Shown piece by piece: positions 33,996-38,795 of a stretch of DNA of 38,795 bases (position 1 is the stretch's first letter; the number at the start of each line of letters is the position of its first letter). This DNA comes from a virus (lineage: Duplodnaviria > Caudoviricetes): positions 1-38,795 of the IMG/VR virus record IMGVR_UViG_3300022930_000008; one strand, 5' to 3'. The notes under the pieces were generated by a model. That model was not told the DNA's origin. It searched no databases and saw nothing but the letters and a program-made list of their open reading frames with translations. Made by a program: the position numbers and the translations under genes.

Positions 33996-34568
33996 TTATT
34001 CTTCTATCGTTTCCGTATAAACCGGAGTTACGACCGCTTCGTTTAATAAGATAGGGCCTATTTCTTTGGACGTACCCTGTAAAATTACAGTCCATCCCAC
34101 GGCATCCGCTTCGGCTGCTCCGCTGTTATAGTCGAAACCACCAGCCGGCGCGGCTAATCCGCCCGTACGACCTAGTAAGATAGGTCTACCGGCGTTGTCG
34201 ATAACTACGGCAATGAATCGGCCTAAACTGATCGCGTCACCTTCGTTTAAAACGTCGATATCGTACTGGTTAAGTACGGCGTTTACTGTGTGCTGGCGAT
34301 ACTTTCCACCATTCCCGCCCGCTAATAAAGCGTCGGTAAACGAAATAGTGTTATCGGCTCCGGTTACTTTGTAAAATACCTCTCCCGTAGGAAGCGTAAT
34401 TTTATCAACGTATCCGTCAGTGTCTACCGTGTACGCTATGGCATTGGCTACCGCAGTTGCACCAGTAACGGCGCCGTAGTAGTTAGCCAGGTACAAAGCG
34501 CGGGCACCAGCTACGGCGTATTCGCAAACCTTGTTATCTAAACTTTTTGTTAATTTGCATCCAGGCAT
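33996..34568 (-). CDS. Major tail tube-like protein
   Basis: MPGCKL..C..AG...LYL, Y..HTV, GR.GGL, SGAA.AD..GWTV.L.G; follows the capsid gene and precedes a strong terminator. Confidence 0.6.
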   Translation of the reverse strand: MPGCKLTKSLDNKVCEYAVAGARALYLANYYGAVTGATAVANAIAYTVDTDGYVDKITLPTGEVFYKVTGADNTISFTDALLAGGNGGKYRQHTVNAVLNQYDIDVLNEGDAISLGRFIAVVIDNAGRPILLGRTGGLAAPAGGFDYNSGAAEADAVGWTVILQGTSKEIGPILLNEAVVTPVYTETIEE

Positions 34569-34641
34569 CTTTTTATATTTTTTAATTGTGATTACTAAAA
34601 ACTTAAGACGGCTTTTACACCGCCTCTCGTCCTCTTTTCAA

Positions 34642-35928
34642 CTATGGTACAATATTGGTGATATCTTCGGTACGTTGGTTAAGTGTAACCGTTGCGCTAC
34701 GGTCTCCCGTTGGCAAGCTTACAACAACCTGGCCCGTTCTAGGTTCTAAGTTTCCGCCGCTTGCTGTAGCTGTTACAGTTACGATCGTTACCCCTGCCGT
34801 TGTAGTTCCTTTAACAGCGGTAAAGCCTACGGCTCCGGCCACGTTAATGTTAGGAGTTACCCCGGTGTTAGTGAAGATTGTAAACGGTAAGGCTTCGCCT
34901 GCCGCGTCAAACACTAACGAGTTAGGAATAATTCTTAAACCGTCGTAAGGGTCCGGCGCGCCACTTGCTGTAGATATGGAAGGGTCCATAATAACCGCCT
35001 CGTCTTCGAATGGAATTACGAAACCTAAACGTAAACGCCCCTTAATAAATACTTTGTCCTCGTGAGGTTCCGGCATATTACCCAGTTTGATATCTTCAAG
35101 GTCGCTTAAAAGATCGGTTAACAAATAGGCGTTAGTCGCGTCGATACCTACAAGCGTATTGTTTCCTATCCCTTTAGCCGGGATAAACTCAACGCCACTG
35201 TAGTAAAGTTTCGGATTACGTTTATCCGCGTCGTCTTTTGTCCATAAAGGGTATAGCACTTGGTTAGATGCAACCGCAAGGGCATTGTTAATTTTACGAC
35301 GCGTTGCGTAACTTCCAAACACGTAAAGCGTGCCCGCGTCTTCCGCTTGCAAAACTTCTTCCGGGAATGCGTCGTACACTTCCTGTACTTTAGCCAAAAT
35401 GTTAGCCGATGTAATAGCCGTCGTACCTACCAATTTGATAGACTCCGTACTAGCTAGTAACAGTGGCACCATACCGTTAATGGAATTAGGGTCTACGGTT
35501 TCGGAACCCCCTACTATCATTTCTTCAATTTCGTTAGAAAGAGCGATCGCGATAAGCATAAGCGTAGCCGCTTCCAGTTCGTCCGGTAGACTATCATTTT
35601 GCGCCCCCGGCTGTAGCATGTGTACAGTACGTTTTTGCTCCAACTCGTCAATACATTGCTCTAAGTTGATTTTGTACGTTTTAACACTTGCTTTCTTTTC
35701 GGATAGCTTTATGATTTGGTTAGGTGTCCAGGCGCAGTCTTTCCCGTCCGCTTGCAGTACTTTATTCTGCAAATCGATTTGGCTTAAAAGTTCGTCGCCC
35801 TTAATACCAGTAAGCACACGGATATAACCGCCCGCTACTAAACGGCCCCCGAATAAAGCGCGCGTAAACCATTCCGGATTTTCGTGCGTAGTATACGTTA
35901 AGCTGTTAATGTTATACATATTTGCCAT
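34642..35928 (-). CDS. Major capsid protein with C-terminal BACON/Ig-like domain
   Basis: 428 aa after the protease/scaffold gene; first ~320 aa fit a Bacteroidota capsid (DCAWTP, NLEQC, NGM); last ~100 aa BACON-like. Confidence 0.8.
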   Translation of the reverse strand: MANMYNINSLTYTTHENPEWFTRALFGGRLVAGGYIRVLTGIKGDELLSQIDLQNKVLQADGKDCAWTPNQIIKLSEKKASVKTYKINLEQCIDELEQKRTVHMLQPGAQNDSLPDELEAATLMLIAIALSNEIEEMIVGGSETVDPNSINGMVPLLLASTESIKLVGTTAITSANILAKVQEVYDAFPEEVLQAEDAGTLYVFGSYATRRKINNALAVASNQVLYPLWTKDDADKRNPKLYYSGVEFIPAKGIGNNTLVGIDATNAYLLTDLLSDLEDIKLGNMPEPHEDKVFIKGRLRLGFVIPFEDEAVIMDPSISTASGAPDPYDGLRIIPNSLVFDAAGEALPFTIFTNTGVTPNINVAGAVGFTAVKGTTTAGVTIVTVTATASGGNLEPRTGQVVVSLPTGDRSATVTLNQRTEDITNIVP

Positions 35929-35952
35929 TATATATTTTGTTTTTAGAATTTA

Positions 35953-37122
35953 TTATTTACGTTTTTTGTTGTCCTGGCGTTCGCGTCTGTCGGTGATGAT
36001 TTTAGCCATCTTTTCCGTATAGGTCATTTCTGAAACTGGTTTTTTGTCAGCCCCATCAACGGCGGGTTTAGCCTTCGTTGTACTTGGCTGTTTTTCAAGT
36101 TCCGCGATTTGTTTTTTAAGCGCCGCGATTTTGGTTTCCTTTGGGTCGCCCGCTGCCGCCAAATACTGTTTTGCGCGTAACTTAGCTTCTTTTTGTTTTT
36201 TAAGCGCCGCTGCCGCTGCTTCCGGTTCTACGGCATCCGCTTCCGGTGCTGTAACAACCAGCATACCCGAATCATCGATTACGATAAAATTACCGTCCGC
36301 TAAAGCGTGCTCGCCTGCTGGTGCCTGCTCTTCGTCTAACGTGCAAAACCCTTCGGAATCTACATACACTTCGCTGCCGTCGGCTAACTCGAATATTAAG
36401 TAAGGGTCGCCCGCGTCTACTTCGTCTTTCTTTGCTTCGTCGGCTAAGTCGTCGGTAGCTGCTACCGTCTCACCTTCCAGCAAAGCCGCCACTGTTCGCA
36501 AAAACGCCGGGATACCCACGCCGTTAGCTGGCTTTTTTTTATCTAGCACGGTTGCGGCTTTTTTAGGTGTTAAAATTGTTTTGTTCATTTTTACAGATTT
36601 AAAATTAAAAATTCCTTCAAGTGAGAAGCCCTTTACTTTCCCGGTCATTACTTGCGTACGCCAGTAGCTAGAATCTTCTATTTTATACGACGCAACGAGT
36701 GTACCTTTAGGCAATTCACCAAGCCCAAGCGCCACCGCTTTATCGCGTTTAGGGTCTTCGACTATCCATAATTCCGCAAGGTAATTGCCGCGTAATGGTT
36801 TTTCGTGCTGGTGGGTGGTGGTCGCTAAAGCTATACCCGTTTTCATCATTTTTTGTGCGATCTTTTCGATATCAGCCGCGGTAAAACGTAGGTAGTATTC
36901 GCCCATCGTTTCGTCTAGCCGGTATATCATTTGGTCCGGGATTAAGACAACCCCGGTTAATAGTTGCTTGGATTTATCCAGGCTTAACTTTACCTTGTTC
37001 GCTTTGTTAAGAGCGACGAAGTTGCTTTCGTTCGCCGGGACATCGACGAACGACATAGCGAAAATCCCCGTGTTATCGGTTCCTATTATTTTCGCTTCGA
37101 ATATTGGTATTTTCGTTGTCAT
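35953..37122 (-). CDS. Prohead protease (XkdF-like) fused to scaffold
   Basis: MSFVD.PA.E, GVVLIPD..IYR, THQH, GKVKGFSLEG; acidic/coiled-coil C-terminal half. Confidence 0.8.
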   Translation of the reverse strand: MTTKIPIFEAKIIGTDNTGIFAMSFVDVPANESNFVALNKANKVKLSLDKSKQLLTGVVLIPDQMIYRLDETMGEYYLRFTAADIEKIAQKMMKTGIALATTTHQHEKPLRGNYLAELWIVEDPKRDKAVALGLGELPKGTLVASYKIEDSSYWRTQVMTGKVKGFSLEGIFNFKSVKMNKTILTPKKAATVLDKKKPANGVGIPAFLRTVAALLEGETVAATDDLADEAKKDEVDAGDPYLIFELADGSEVYVDSEGFCTLDEEQAPAGEHALADGNFIVIDDSGMLVVTAPEADAVEPEAAAAALKKQKEAKLRAKQYLAAAGDPKETKIAALKKQIAELEKQPSTTKAKPAVDGADKKPVSEMTYTEKMAKIITDRRERQDNKKRK

Positions 37123-37127
37123 AATTC

Positions 37128-37135
37128 TAAAGATA
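37128..37135 (-). promoter_or_regulatory. Putative late promoter TATCTTTA, 5 nt before the ATG
   Basis: TATCTTTA-GAATT-ATG in the gap before the head genes. Confidence 0.6.
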
Positions 37136-37153
37136 ATTAAATTTACGGTTAAC

Positions 37154-38668
37154 TTAAAAACCGGCTAAATCCTGCACGGTTGTTATTTGGTCTTGCGCGT
37201 CTATTATATCGGTTACGGCGACTACTGGCTTAAACTCAATTGCTTCAATCGCCGCGAGTAATTTGTCGTCACCTGACGCGCTTACGTCACTACTTAATAA
37301 AGTCGCGTTATCGTTCGGAACTATGCCCAATAAGTCCGCCATTGTTACGGCGTCCGGCTGCGAATTTATAAACTCCACCAGCGCGGCATTAGCGCCGTAA
37401 CTTTTTCTATTAATTACGAATTCGCCGCCCTCTGCTTCATAACCTAAACCGATAGGGACGCCGCCTTCCGCGTGACTCGGTCCTATGATTGGCCCCCCTT
37501 TTTCAAGTTTACTTAACTGTTTTGTCATTGATGCGATTTGCAAACCCCCCGCTATTCCGACAAGACCGGCAACCACCAAGTTAAGAGGGAAGACCAGGGT
37601 TAACGCTTTAGTAACGGCCTGCGCTGTATTGGCTATCGCCTGCGCTATATTACTAATAAGTTCATTTCGTTTTATTTGGCGCTCTTTTTTACGTATTTCC
37701 GCTTCTCGTTTTTCTTTTTCCTTAAGTAGTCGCTGTTCTTCCCTGGCCGCGTCGTTTCGCGCCTTTGTGGCGTCCGCAAGTTGTTCCTGTAACGCGCTCG
37801 ACGTGTTTGCGGATGCCGCCTGTATTTGGCTTTCGATGTCCTCTACGTTTTTGGCCGCGTCTTCCCTTTTAGTTTGCGCCGCTTCGTATTGTTCGTTTAC
37901 CTCTTCCAGGCTTTCGTTAAGCCCGTCAAGTTGAACCTGTAAACCGGCGTTAAAGCCTTCGAGTACTCCGCCTATAGCGTCCGATATAGTAGAAGCGAAT
38001 TCGCCGATTTTACCTATTACATCGCCTAAATACTGGGTTTGCACCTTGGTCGATTCTTTTGTATTTTCTATCTGCTCTTTTTGCGCTTTCTTAATACGCT
38101 GCGTTACGTCTTCATTAGCCAGTGCGTACTTTTGTAACTCGTCGGTATATTCCGTAGTACCTTCCTGCATAGTAGCTAAAGTCGCTTTATGGGAAGCCGC
38201 CAGGTCTTTTTGATATCCGGTAAGCCCGCTAATATATTCACTTAGCGCGGCGTTGGCCGCAGCTAGATTCTTTTTAGTGGCGTCTACGTCTATAAGTTTA
38301 AGTCCGGTTTTATTACGGACTGTAAACTCCCCGATTTTATTTTGTGCCTGGGTTAAGGCAATGTCGATGCCCGCTAGTTCCTGGCTGGTTCTTTTGGCCT
38401 GTTGGTCGGCTTCCAGCTTTTGAAGATCACGCGCGCGTTTTTCATTGGCGAAAAGTATTTGTTCGGTTATGGCCTCTTGTTGCGTTTGAGTTAACGCCAA
38501 TTCCGTGGCAAGTCGCTTTTGCAAGTCTTCTACCTGTCTATCGGCTGCGTTATTAATCTCCGCGCGTGCTCTGTCGGCCTGGCCTAATATATACGCGGTT
38601 CGCATGTCTTCCAACTCTCGGACTGTTTCGAGTTCCTGCGCGGCACGTTCTTTGGCTAAGGCGTCTAA
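37154..38668 (-). CDS. Tape measure protein, 3' part
   Basis: Coiled coil, hydrophobic LVFPLNLVVAGLVGIAGG, and C-terminal GGPIIGPSHAEGGV..EAEGGEF motif seen in Bacteroidota phage TMPs; the TTG start in the ORF track is an artefact of linearisation. Confidence 0.88.
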   Translation of the reverse strand, partial: LDALAKERAAQELETVRELEDMRTAYILGQADRARAEINNAADRQVEDLQKRLATELALTQTQQEAITEQILFANEKRARDLQKLEADQQAKRTSQELAGIDIALTQAQNKIGEFTVRNKTGLKLIDVDATKKNLAAANAALSEYISGLTGYQKDLAASHKATLATMQEGTTEYTDELQKYALANEDVTQRIKKAQKEQIENTKESTKVQTQYLGDVIGKIGEFASTISDAIGGVLEGFNAGLQVQLDGLNESLEEVNEQYEAAQTKREDAAKNVEDIESQIQAASANTSSALQEQLADATKARNDAAREEQRLLKEKEKREAEIRKKERQIKRNELISNIAQAIANTAQAVTKALTLVFPLNLVVAGLVGIAGGLQIASMTKQLSKLEKGGPIIGPSHAEGGVPIGLGYEAEGGEFVINRKSYGANAALVEFINSQPDAVTMADLLGIVPNDNATLLSSDVSASGDDKLLAAIEAIEFKPVVAVTDIIDAQDQITTVQDLAGF

Positions 38669-38795
38669 ATCCTTGTTTAATAGTTTTTGAAGGTCTACAA
38701 TAGTTGCGTTTAACGCTATTTTGGCCTTCTCCGTTAATTTCTTTTCAGTAGCCAGTTTAAAGCGAATGTCTTCTATCTCTTTTGCATATTGCGCG
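38669..38795. repeat. 127-nt direct terminal repeat, copy 2
   Basis: Identical to bases 1-127. Confidence 0.95.

Noticed and set aside
15732-38690. Many + strand ORFs opposite terminase, replication and head genes
   Set aside because: Shadow ORFs with Ser/Phe/Leu-rich composition mirroring sense-strand codons.
1-38795. Stop-codon reassignment, DGR, introns/inteins or tRNAs
   Set aside because: Core genes are intact and of normal length in the standard code; no reverse transcriptase, repeat pair or cloverleaf was noticed by eye.

Overview
The window looks like a complete ~38.67 kb tailed dsDNA phage genome, assembled as a circle: bases 1-127 equal 38669-38795. The host is probably Bacteroidota, based on TTTG-N19-TAnnTTTG promoters, A-rich starts without Shine-Dalgarno sites, BACON-like domains and a Bacteroidota-type tape-measure protein. 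It contains an APSE/phi12-type replication module (DUF2800 nuclease, DUF2815 SSB, PolA, C5 methyltransferase, primase-VapE helicase, VRR-NUC, SNF2), a sigma-70-like regulator, terminase, an M15 endolysin, a spanin candidate, a scrambled virion module and a + strand cluster of small early genes. I recognise no integrase, repressor, tRNA or CRISPR array. The strongest unexplained signal is an apparent two-tier transcription code. Three host-type early promoters share a GTTCATTCATTCA leader. Four late units begin with TATCTTTA-N4/5-ATG, which predicts leaderless late mRNAs, possibly read by the phage sigma. Other highlights are a T9 -1 frameshift with a long dual-coding overlap, a capsid-BACON fusion, a spanin candidate with clustered O-glycosylation sequons, an intact/degenerate P-loop paralog pair and a GTTAC-iteron origin. 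All family calls come from motif recognition by eye, not database searches.
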